Shown here one piece after another: positions 1 to 7,817 of a stretch of DNA of 64,000 bases (within the stretch, counting starts at the first letter, position 1; every line of letters starts with the position of its first letter). The translations under genes were made by a program, and so were the position numbers. The notes beneath the pieces are model-generated. The model did not search any database and was not told the origin of the DNA. It saw only the letters and a program-made list of their open reading frames with translations. Source of the stretch: a candidate division FCPU426 bacterium (GTDB taxonomy: Bacteria; Oederibacteriota; Muellerivitia; Muellerivitales; Muellerivitaceae); assembly GCA_963738405.1 (NCBI GenBank), contig CAVTWJ010000004.1, positions 1 to 64,000 on the forward strand, in the 5' to 3' direction.

Positions 1-4
1 CCAG

Positions 5-41
5 CCTGCACATGGCCCTCCCAAAAAGGATGGTGTGCAAC
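5..41 (+). repeat. 37-bp direct repeat, copy 1 (CCTGCACATGGCCCTCCCAAAAAGGATGGTGTGCAAC)
   Basis: Identical to copies at 777-813 and 1193-1229; imperfect dyad TGCACA..CCT / AGG..TGTGCA. Confidence 0.97.
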
Positions 42-144
42 TGTATTTTTGGCAATATGGGCAAATGTTGCTGCTGGTTATTACATCGGAAAAGGCGAGG
101 ACTGGGCGATTGATAAGGTCTTGGACAATGCACATTTACATTAG
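42..144 (+). pseudogene. 3' fragment of a gene (…VFLAIWANVAAGYYIGKGEDWAIDKVLDNAHLH*), possibly a polymorphic-toxin C-terminus
   Basis: Open frame 1 ends at TAG 142-144, 13 bp before the next ATG; no in-frame ATG after the repeat. Confidence 0.4.
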
Positions 145-157
145 CGCAAGGTAAACA

Positions 158-748
158 ATGAAGACGATGGACCGTAACTCATTAACCATTAGGCCCTGTT
201 CTTATTTGCTCTTTTTTGAGTTATTGGTTTTTGCATTATTTCTTTTATCTTTGTTCCTAATGGGACGAATTACAACAAATGATTCGGATTTTATGATGTT
301 TGTTTTGTCTCAGGTTTGCTTTTATCCGTTTTTGGGATTTATAGCTAACAGCTTATTTAATAGACCGTCGTATGTTTTCCATGAGACTGGATTTAGTTAC
401 GCCACGTCACCTTTTATGAAAGATGTGAAAAAATATAAAACTATAAACTGGGAATCGGTTGATCGAGTAGTCACTTGGGACTTGGGGTCGTTTGGTTTTT
501 GGACCTTTATTTTTAGTGGCCAAAGGAAGTTTACCTTTGGTTGGATCATACCGGAATATTTTGAGCTTCTTCAATTTGTTTACTCAAAAGCAAAAAACGC
601 AGATATCGATGAACGGACAAAAGAATTCCAATCGGAAAAGGTGATAAAAAAGCTTAAAAAACGCAGGACGTTTATTGATTGGGGAATGGTTGTTGCGTTT
701 CTTTTGCTGATTCTTTCTCTCCATTTTGAGTTTGGCGTAAATTTTTAA
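158..748 (+). CDS. AT-rich membrane protein (about 3 TM; possibly immunity-like)
   Basis: 196-aa ORF with hydrophobic segments; AAGG upstream. Confidence 0.7.
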   Translation: MKTMDRNSLTIRPCSYLLFFELLVFALFLLSLFLMGRITTNDSDFMMFVLSQVCFYPFLGFIANSLFNRPSYVFHETGFSYATSPFMKDVKKYKTINWESVDRVVTWDLGSFGFWTFIFSGQRKFTFGWIIPEYFELLQFVYSKAKNADIDERTKEFQSEKVIKKLKKRRTFIDWGMVVAFLLLILSLHFEFGVNF

Positions 749-776
749 TAAGGTTTTTGTACTTGAGGATTATGTT

Positions 777-813
777 CCTGCACATGGCCCTCCCAAAAAG
801 GATGGTGTGCAAC
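777..813 (+). repeat. 37-bp direct repeat, copy 2
   Basis: Exact match to 5-41. Confidence 0.97.
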
Positions 814-817
814 GACC

Positions 818-1114
818 ATGTACGTTGACCACCGCAACCACGTTTTGGACGTAATCGCCGGAGGAGAGGGAACCGTTGACCATACCGCCGTCTACCCTAG
901 GGAAGTCCTCAAGAAGGCTTTGGAACTAGACGCTTCTGGAATCATCTTGAGCCACGTCCACCCCGGAGGAAGCCTTGAAGCCTCAGAGGGTGACCGCCAG
1001 CTCACACGCCAGATTGTCACCGCTTGCCGTGCGCTTGGAATCACCGTCCATGACCACGTTATCGTGACCCATGAGGGCCACTTTTCTTTCCGACAAGCCG
1101 GGCTTTTGGCTTAA
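818..1114 (+). pseudogene. radC: N-terminally truncated RadC/JAB-domain protein
   Basis: GTVD..AVYPREV, SHVHPGG...S..D and HDHVIV motifs present; the frame begins mid-domain at the repeat junction and lacks the upstream Glu-containing segment. Confidence 0.85.
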
Positions 1115-1142
1115 CAAGGAATTCAAAATTTACTAGAAGCGG

Positions 1143-1176
1143 AGCCCTGGCCACCAGGCCGGGGCTTTCAGCTTTT
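1143..1176 (+). terminator. putative intrinsic terminator
   Basis: AGCCCTGGCC-acca-GGCCGGGGCT followed by T-rich tail, after radC fragment. Confidence 0.5.
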
Positions 1177-1192
1177 GAGGGAAATCAAAAAA

Positions 1193-1229
1193 CCTGCACA
1201 TGGCCCTCCCAAAAAGGATGGTGTGCAAC
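1193..1229 (+). repeat. 37-bp direct repeat, copy 3
   Basis: Exact match to 5-41. Confidence 0.97.
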
Positions 1230-1242
1230 TCAAAGTCCCGAC

Positions 1243-1575
1243 ATGTTATTGGCTTTGAGGGAAAGGGACGGCAAGTTTCTCGTCGATTTGCGGGAAACGT
1301 GGATAAGAAATGAAGCAGAGTATTTTGAACTGAATGGAAAACTCGAAGTGTTTCCCACTCCAACTGGCAAAGAAGACGAGACATACGAATCCGCGCGTTG
1401 GATAATTCTAGGAAAAGGGGTTATGGCGAAATATTGCAAAATGAACAAAGAATTAAATGAAACAATGCAACAGGCCAAAAGATTTTTAACGAACGAAGAA
1501 ATCGAAAAAATTAAAGCGGTTTTGAATGAAGTGTTTCCCGGGGAATTAAGCCCCCGGCAGGAAGAGATTCACTAA
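1243..1575 (+). CDS. hypothetical protein, probably a 5'-truncated fragment
   Basis: Frame is open back into the repeat (TQSPD-M); no clear RBS. Confidence 0.5.
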   Translation: MLLALRERDGKFLVDLRETWIRNEAEYFELNGKLEVFPTPTGKEDETYESARWIILGKGVMAKYCKMNKELNETMQQAKRFLTNEEIEKIKAVLNEVFPGELSPRQEEIH

Positions 1576-1583
1576 GATTTGGT

Positions 1584-1611
1584 TGTTCACGATGGGGAGC
1601 CAGATTGGACA
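1584..1611 (+). repeat. 28-bp palindromic site (TGTTCACGATG GGGAGC CAGATTGGACA)
   Basis: Variant of consensus TGTCCACGACG GGGACC CGTCGTGGACA. Confidence 0.8.
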
Positions 1612-1644
1612 ATAATTTTAGGATTTTTAACAAGGAGGTGAAAA

Positions 1645-2067
1645 ATGTTGCGTTCTATACCATTTCTTTTATTCGACGGTAACTGCGCGGAGGCGATGAC
1701 GTTCTACCGCTCCTGCCTAGGAGGAGAACTGACAATTCTTAAACTAGGGGATTCCCCCATGAAGGACCTTTTGCCCAAGGAGAAACACCAACGAACCATC
1801 AACGCCAACCTGAAAAGCGGGTACATTGAGATATCCGCCTCGGATTGGATGGCCTCGCCCACTTATGACCCTCATCCCGGCGATACCACCGCCATCTTCG
1901 TCATCGGCGAGGGATATGATGAGTTAAAAGCGGTTTTCGACAAACTTTCCAACGGCGCGGAAAAGGAAAAATACCAGGACTTGCATGACCTGCCCTTCGG
2001 GACCTATGGACAGTTTACGGACCGCTATGGGGTTCATTGGATTTTCAAAGGGGACAAGAAGGCTTAA
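1645..2067 (+). CDS. VOC/PhnB-like glyoxalase family protein
   Basis: PFLLFDGNCAEAMTFY…YGQFTDRYGVHW; AGGAGG RBS. Confidence 0.9.
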   Translation: MLRSIPFLLFDGNCAEAMTFYRSCLGGELTILKLGDSPMKDLLPKEKHQRTINANLKSGYIEISASDWMASPTYDPHPGDTTAIFVIGEGYDELKAVFDKLSNGAEKEKYQDLHDLPFGTYGQFTDRYGVHWIFKGDKKA

Positions 2068-2079
2068 TTCGTAGAAGGC

Positions 2080-2107
2080 TGTCCACGACGGGGACCCTTC
2101 GTGGACA
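2080..2107 (+). repeat. 28-bp palindromic site
   Basis: TGTCCACGACG GGGACC CTTCGTGGACA. Confidence 0.92.
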
Positions 2108-2222
2108 AAGCAAAATGGATAATGGCAGCCTGACCTCAATGTCCAATAACGATAAGGTAACTTTGCCAGCTGTGTAAGCCGAGTAGATAAAAAAAGTTGA
2201 TAGAATTCAATCGAGGCTGGAA

Positions 2223-3539
2223 ATGGAATCCCCGCAGACAAACGCGCATCCGAAAGCGCTCCTGTTTTCGGTCAGAACGCCCAAGGTAACTGATGCCGAA
2301 GCGATGGAATCGATGATCGAGCTCGAACGGCTGGTGACGACCTTGGGTTACGAGGTGACCGGAACTATGTCCCAGCGGCAACCCAGCACATCAGGGGTCA
2401 CGGTGGTGGGTGAGGGAAAACTGATGGAACTCGCCCAACTCACCGGCGGAAAGGGCCGCCGGGATAGGATCAAGGGGAACACCGAAGCGCCGCAACCGGC
2501 GCCAGTCCCGGCCTCGGCTCCCGAAGGACCCGCGATGGTCGCTTTTGACTGCGATTTGAGCCCGTCCCAGATACGGAACGTCGAAGAAGCTTTGGGAGTT
2601 CCGGTGCTTGATCGCACTGGCGTGATCATCGAAATCTTCAACCGGCACGCGAAGACCCGGGCGGCTCGTCTCCAGGTCGATATCGCGCGCCAAACTTATC
2701 AGGCTCCCCGTCTCAGGGATACGGGGGTAGGGAAGGAACGCCAGTCTGGCCGAGGATCCGGGGAAACAATCATCGAGACGGAAAAGCGCAAAGTCCGCGA
2801 CCGTCTGGCTGAGCTGAGGCACGAGTTAGAAGCGGTTCAAAGAGAAGAGGAGCATCGCCGGTTAAAACGCGCGGAACTGCTCGGCGCCGCGCTGGTGGGC
2901 TACACGAATGCCGGAAAATCATCCCTCATGCGGGCGCTGACCGGCAGCGACGTCCTGGTGGAGGACAAACTCTTCGCGACCTTGGATACGACCATACGCG
3001 CCCTACAACCAGAGACCCAGCCGAGAATCCTGATCACCGATACGGTGGGTTTTATCCACAAGCTTCCACACGATCTGGTGGCGTCCTTCCGCTCCACGCT
3101 GGATGAGGCCCGCGGCGCCGCCCTGCTGCTTTACGTGGTGGACGCCGCTGACCGCAACTTTCGTTCCCAGCTCGCGGTGGTTCGGGAAGTCTTGGGTGAG
3201 ATTGGCGCCGACAAAACCCCCTATCTTCTCGTTCTCAATAAGGCCGACTGCTTGAGCGAATGGCAGAAGCGGGTTCTCGGGGCGGAGTATCCAGACGCGG
3301 TTTTAACCTCGACCCGCAGTCCCGAGGACATGCGGGTCGTCAGTGAACGCATTATTCATTTTTTCGAGAAAGACATGATCGAAAAGGAGATTCTCGTTCC
3401 CTATAAAGCCCAAGGTGTCATCAGCGAAATGCGTTTGAATATGAAAATCTTGAAGGAGAGCTTTTCCGAAGATGGCGTTCTACTTCTTGTTCGCGCTCGT
3501 CCGATTGACCTTCAGCGCTTGAGTAAAATGATGAAGTAG
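2223..3539 (+). CDS. hflX: GTPase HflX
   Basis: GYTNAGKS, EDKLFATLD, DTVGFI and NKAD motifs. Confidence 0.95.
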   Translation: MESPQTNAHPKALLFSVRTPKVTDAEAMESMIELERLVTTLGYEVTGTMSQRQPSTSGVTVVGEGKLMELAQLTGGKGRRDRIKGNTEAPQPAPVPASAPEGPAMVAFDCDLSPSQIRNVEEALGVPVLDRTGVIIEIFNRHAKTRAARLQVDIARQTYQAPRLRDTGVGKERQSGRGSGETIIETEKRKVRDRLAELRHELEAVQREEEHRRLKRAELLGAALVGYTNAGKSSLMRALTGSDVLVEDKLFATLDTTIRALQPETQPRILITDTVGFIHKLPHDLVASFRSTLDEARGAALLLYVVDAADRNFRSQLAVVREVLGEIGADKTPYLLVLNKADCLSEWQKRVLGAEYPDAVLTSTRSPEDMRVVSERIIHFFEKDMIEKEILVPYKAQGVISEMRLNMKILKESFSEDGVLLLVRARPIDLQRLSKMMK

Positions 3540-3619
3540 TGTCCCGCGGTGTGTGCCGCCCTTCAATTTAAAATAAAGAGTTGGGGAGAGCGGACAATTG
3601 TATTGATCCGCTTTCGGTT

Positions 3620-3641
3620 GTAATCTTACTGGTAAGATTAC
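3620..3641. promoter_or_regulatory. palindromic operator of the TA operon
   Basis: GTAATCTTAC-tg-GTAAGATTAC immediately upstream of the antitoxin RBS. Confidence 0.65.
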
Positions 3642-3654
3642 TCGGAGGTAACCT

Positions 3655-3915
3655 ATGACCATCGCAACCACAAAGCTTTCCTCGAAGGGTCAAGTCGTTA
3701 TTCCTGAATCCATCCGCAAAAGTTTGCGCCTCAAAGAGGGGGATCAGTTTGTCGTGATGGGCCAGGGAGATTCGGTGATCTTCAAAGCCATTACCCCGCC
3801 TTCGTTGAGTCAACTTGACAGCCTGCTGGCCGCCGCGCGAAAGCAGGCGCGTGCTGCCGGATTACGCCCAGCAGACGTGAAGGCCGCCATTGCCCGCGTT
3901 CGGCGCGGTAAATGA
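3655..3915 (+). CDS. AbrB/MazE/SpoVT family antitoxin
   Basis: TKLSSKGQVVIPESIRKSLRLKEGD. Confidence 0.9.
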   Translation: MTIATTKLSSKGQVVIPESIRKSLRLKEGDQFVVMGQGDSVIFKAITPPSLSQLDSLLAAARKQARAAGLRPADVKAAIARVRRGK

Positions 3916-4313
3916 AACGAGTTGTTGTCATAGACACAAATGTTCTTGTCTCTGGTTTTTTCTGGATGGGGACCCCTTACCAAGTCCTCAAATCCTGGGA
4001 ACATGGTGATTTCAAGTTATTGGTGTCCCTGGAAATCCTCGAGGAATACCGCCGCGTTATGGAAGACTTTTCCAAGGGGCATCCTGGCGTTGAAGTTGAG
4101 CCCTTCCTGGAATTAATCAGATTGAATTGCGAAATGGTGAACGCTAAGCCGGTTCGAGGCATTTGCAAAGACCCCGATGATGATAAATTTATCGCGGCCG
4201 CCCTGGCGGGAAGAGCTGAATTCATCGTCTCGGGCGATAAGGCCCTGTTGGAGGTTGGAACCTACCAAAATATTAAAATCATGAATCCGTCCCGCTTTTT
4301 GAAAAACCTATAA
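3912..4313 (+). CDS. PIN-domain toxin (PIN_3 type)
   Basis: VIDTNVLVS, DPDDDKF and IVSGDKALL motifs; ATGA overlap with the antitoxin. Confidence 0.9.
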   Translation: MKRVVVIDTNVLVSGFFWMGTPYQVLKSWEHGDFKLLVSLEILEEYRRVMEDFSKGHPGVEVEPFLELIRLNCEMVNAKPVRGICKDPDDDKFIAAALAGRAEFIVSGDKALLEVGTYQNIKIMNPSRFLKNL

Positions 4314-4321
4314 GTTTCTGC

Positions 4322-4349
4322 TGTTCACGGCAGGTGCCCCGATTCCCAT
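4322..4349 (+). repeat. degenerate 28-bp site
   Basis: TGTTCACGGCA GGTGCC CCGATT…; starts 8 bp after the toxin stop. Confidence 0.4.
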
Positions 4350-4380
4350 AAGGCGTCGAACCCATCCATCTCACCCGTAA

Positions 4381-6771
4381 TCACCCGCCCACCCCCACGG
4401 TATAAACCGTGTCTTCCCACCGGCCGGTTTGGGGCCAGTAAAAGGTAAAGACCGTCTGGCTTCCCCCGGCAAGCCCTTCGGTTGCCAAATCCACGTAGTG
4501 CATTCCGATGCCCGTGTCCCGGGTGGGGCTGTCCTGGGAATGGACCCAGTTATCCGAACTCCAATGGATGGTCGCGGGGCTCATGGTTTCAATACGCAGT
4601 TTTTTGCCGGGGACCATCGAACGGATCTTGTGGTTGAACCGCCAGTTCGCCGTGGCGGAGCGGGTTTGATCTTCCAGGTAGCGCTTCACGGTCTGGGGCG
4701 GCATGTCGAAAACCTTTTTATCCGCCAGGGAGCGGATAAGTTTTAAATATTCCGCGTGGGCCCAGACCAGGGGCATGGCCGATCCCGAAGGCTTGCCGAA
4801 AAAAAGCTCCCGTTCGGGGATATCCGCCGCGTCCCAAACCTGTTCGGGGATCAGTCCGCCCTCGTTGGCGAAAGATTCCAGGGCGGCCAATAGCCGCTTG
4901 GCTTCCTCCACCCTTCCCGCGGCCAATTCACGGTGAGCCCTTTCACCTGTTAGAAGGGGCCAGCCCCGGCCGATGCCGGTGCCGTCAAAAGGACTCCCAT
5001 CCGCCTGTTCGCCGTAACCGTCGTCGTTATAGCGGTGCCAAACGGGCCCCTTGGGCGCTTCGGTCTTCAACAAGGCGTCGATGATCTTGACAGTGTTCAC
5101 GATTCGGGGGTCGTCGGCCCCGCGCAGGCCGAAACGGACGAAGGCCAGGGCGTCCGGACAGATCAATTGGCTGGACGGCAGTATGTTTTGGCCCAGGGGG
5201 ACATTTTTAACCATGACCTTTTCCTGCGCCGGGTCCGGCGCGTCGTCGGGGACCACCCGGACGTAATAGCCATCCACCTTAAACCGCCCGCACCAATCGC
5301 TGTCGGCGGCATAGAGCCATCGATCAATCGAATCGTTCCAGAAATCCGCGGTTTCCCGGAGGTAGGAAGCGGTTTGGGGTTCGCCGTTTAAATCGGCGTA
5401 ATCCGCCGCCACCAACAGCGAGGCGATTTCCGCCGAGAGGGTAAAGGGCGTATAGCCCGGGTCTTCCTCCCAACGGTCCTGCTGGCTGACGGGGCCGTTT
5501 TGGACGATATAGCCGGCGGCCTTTCGGATCATGGGCCAGTAATGGGCCAGGTGGGATTCGTCCAAGGCCTTCATTCGGAAAGCCAGGTCCACCAAAAGAA
5601 TGGGAAGGGCGGTTTCATCCATTTGAATGCCGGTCCAGTAGGCCGATCCATCCAACCACATATTCTGGGGCCAGTGGCCGTCGGGCAGTTGGGTGGTCTG
5701 CAGATAGCGGAGGGCCCGCAGGGCGTCCTCGAAGGCTCCGGCGGCCAAAAAGGCCCCGGCGGTTTCCATCATGTCGCGGGTCCAGACCAGGTGGTATCCG
5801 CCGATATCGTTGTCGCCCTTGGAAAAGCCCCAGGGGATGGCCAGGCTGGCGATGAGCCCGCCGGGCGTGCTTTTGGATTCGTGGGTGCGCAAAACCATTA
5901 GGCTGGTCGCGGCCAAATTTTTTGATCCGGCGGGCTTGGGGGGTAAAAGCCTGTTGGTTTTAAACCAGTTTTGCCAGCCGCCGCTGAACTCCTCCCGGAT
6001 TTTTGAAAAATCCCTTCGCAGGCTGTCCAGGGCGTTTTGGGCCGCCTCCTCCGGGTCCTTGCCGAAACCCAGGGCCAGCACGAATTCGCCCTTGGATTGG
6101 GCCAAGTCGATTTCGGCGGTCATGGCGACGTTGCCGTTTTCGGCGCGGGTATAGTCCCAGGCCATGAGGCGGTGGGCCTGCAGGTCCTGCCACCCATCCG
6201 AGGTTCCCACGAAACCCACGGACCTTTTAAGAAACGGAACGGAACATGCCAGCGCCAGGGAACTGCCCGAGCGCTGGGCCAGCAAAACCGGAACGCTGCC
6301 GTAATCCTCCACCCAGGCGGTGTTGCCGTAACCCTGGTTGGCCAGGTGCGGCGAAAGCAAAACATAAAGGCGGTAGTCCGCCAGGGCGCCCTGCCGGGCC
6401 GTGAATTTGGTTTTCTGCAAAACCGTGTCCCTTTGGGGATCGGTGAGGATTTCCTTTTCAATCACGTAGCGGGGGCAGGTATTGGTCAATTGGAAGGAAG
6501 GCACATCCGGCGCGAGGGGCCGAATGGCGAAGGCCGCGTCCCGTTTTTCCTCCGAGAAAAAATCCTTCCCGTCGGTGACCAGCATTCCCATGTCCCGGGT
6601 GCAGGCCTTGTCGATATCCGGATAGTAGATCTCGTTGAAGATGCCGTGGCTTAGGGTGAAGCACACGCGGCTTTGGCCGCCGAGGGCCGTACCCACGGCG
6701 CTTTTGGCGCTGGAGGTCCAGCGGGGCGGGATGCCGGGCCAGCCCGGCGCGAAACGCTGCGGTTCAAACAT
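4381..6771 (-). CDS. glucoamylase/glucodextranase, GH15
   Basis: APGWPGIPPRWTSSAK, GYHLVWTRD, QDRWEE and SAMPLVWAHAEY; start taken at MFEPQ. Confidence 0.92.
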   Translation of the reverse strand: MFEPQRFAPGWPGIPPRWTSSAKSAVGTALGGQSRVCFTLSHGIFNEIYYPDIDKACTRDMGMLVTDGKDFFSEEKRDAAFAIRPLAPDVPSFQLTNTCPRYVIEKEILTDPQRDTVLQKTKFTARQGALADYRLYVLLSPHLANQGYGNTAWVEDYGSVPVLLAQRSGSSLALACSVPFLKRSVGFVGTSDGWQDLQAHRLMAWDYTRAENGNVAMTAEIDLAQSKGEFVLALGFGKDPEEAAQNALDSLRRDFSKIREEFSGGWQNWFKTNRLLPPKPAGSKNLAATSLMVLRTHESKSTPGGLIASLAIPWGFSKGDNDIGGYHLVWTRDMMETAGAFLAAGAFEDALRALRYLQTTQLPDGHWPQNMWLDGSAYWTGIQMDETALPILLVDLAFRMKALDESHLAHYWPMIRKAAGYIVQNGPVSQQDRWEEDPGYTPFTLSAEIASLLVAADYADLNGEPQTASYLRETADFWNDSIDRWLYAADSDWCGRFKVDGYYVRVVPDDAPDPAQEKVMVKNVPLGQNILPSSQLICPDALAFVRFGLRGADDPRIVNTVKIIDALLKTEAPKGPVWHRYNDDGYGEQADGSPFDGTGIGRGWPLLTGERAHRELAAGRVEEAKRLLAALESFANEGGLIPEQVWDAADIPERELFFGKPSGSAMPLVWAHAEYLKLIRSLADKKVFDMPPQTVKRYLEDQTRSATANWRFNHKIRSMVPGKKLRIETMSPATIHWSSDNWVHSQDSPTRDTGIGMHYVDLATEGLAGGSQTVFTFYWPQTGRWEDTVYTVGVGG

Positions 6772-6793
6772 AAAGCCTCCCTTGGGAAATGGG

Positions 6794-7576
6794 TCAACCG
6801 CCGTGGGCAAAGTCGGGATAGTCGGTCATGCCCCCGTCCACAAACACCGTGCGGCCCGTGACATAGGAAGCGGCGTCGGAAGCCATGAGGACCACCATTT
6901 GGCCCACTTCTTTGGGTTCGCCGATGCGGTTGAGGGGGATTTTTTCCAAAAGGTCCTTCAGGCTCTCGGGGTTGCCCCAGACCGATTGGTTGATCGGGGT
7001 TCGGATGGCGCCGGGCGCCACGGCTAAAACCCTCACGCCGAAGGGGGCGGCCTCCTGGGCCAGGGTCTTGGTGAGCATGCTAACGGCGGCCTTGCTGGCG
7101 GTGTAGGCGCTGTAGCCGGACCAGGCGATTTCCTCGTGGACGGAGCTGATATTGACCACCACCCCGCTCTTTTGGGCCGTCATGCCTTTCAAGGCTTCCC
7201 GCGCGCAATGGTAGGCGCCGAACAAATTGATCTCAATGACCTTTTTCCAGGCGTCTAAATCGCTTTGCCAGGCCAGGGCGTGGGGGCCGTCAATGCCGGC
7301 GTTATTCACCAAAAGGTCCAGGCCGCCCCAGGCTTTCCCGACGCCCGCGAACATTTCGGCCACCGCTTGGGGGTTGGACACGTCCGCCAAAAGGGCCAGG
7401 GCCTCGCCCTTTTGATCCTTGATTTTTTTTACCAGCGCCTCGGCGGCTTCGGGATGGCCGACATAGTTGACGGCCACCTTGGCCCCGGCTTCGGCCAGGG
7501 CCAGCACGACCGCCTCGCCGATGCCCGAATTGCCCCCGGTGACCAGGGCTCTTTTGCCGTCCAATCGAATGTTCAT
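6794..7576 (-). CDS. SDR oxidoreductase (glucose 1-dehydrogenase-like)
   Basis: TGGNSGIG, NNAG, YTASK, SSVHE; start taken at MNIRLDG. Confidence 0.9.
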   Translation of the reverse strand: MNIRLDGKRALVTGGNSGIGEAVVLALAEAGAKVAVNYVGHPEAAEALVKKIKDQKGEALALLADVSNPQAVAEMFAGVGKAWGGLDLLVNNAGIDGPHALAWQSDLDAWKKVIEINLFGAYHCAREALKGMTAQKSGVVVNISSVHEEIAWSGYSAYTASKAAVSMLTKTLAQEAAPFGVRVLAVAPGAIRTPINQSVWGNPESLKDLLEKIPLNRIGEPKEVGQMVVLMASDAASYVTGRTVFVDGGMTDYPDFAHGG

Positions 7577-7817
7577 GGGTTGCCTCGCGTTATTTTGAAT
7601 GGTTTGGGAAGGTGAAGGGTTGTTTCGACAGGTTAAGGGGAGAGGGGGGAAATTCCTATAGGTCGAAGTCCCAATTTCATTTTCGGGGGAAGGAAAACCT
7701 TTCAAAGCCCTTCCCAAAAAACGCAATCATGGACAATGTCATAATCATCCAGGCGACGGCGGAAAAACTTTAAGCCGGTTTTATTTTCATTCTTTTGCGA
7801 ATCCACTAAACTGTCGC

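Noticed and set aside
5..1229. Conventional CRISPR array call
   Set aside because: Intervals are 735 and 379 bp and no cas genes are visible; reported as a repeat and a finding instead.
3540..3567. Possible 28-bp site after hflX (TGTCCCGCGGTG…)
   Set aside because: Only the first five bases match.
7726..7736. AATCATGGACA resembling a right arm
   Set aside because: No left arm or spacer; likely chance.
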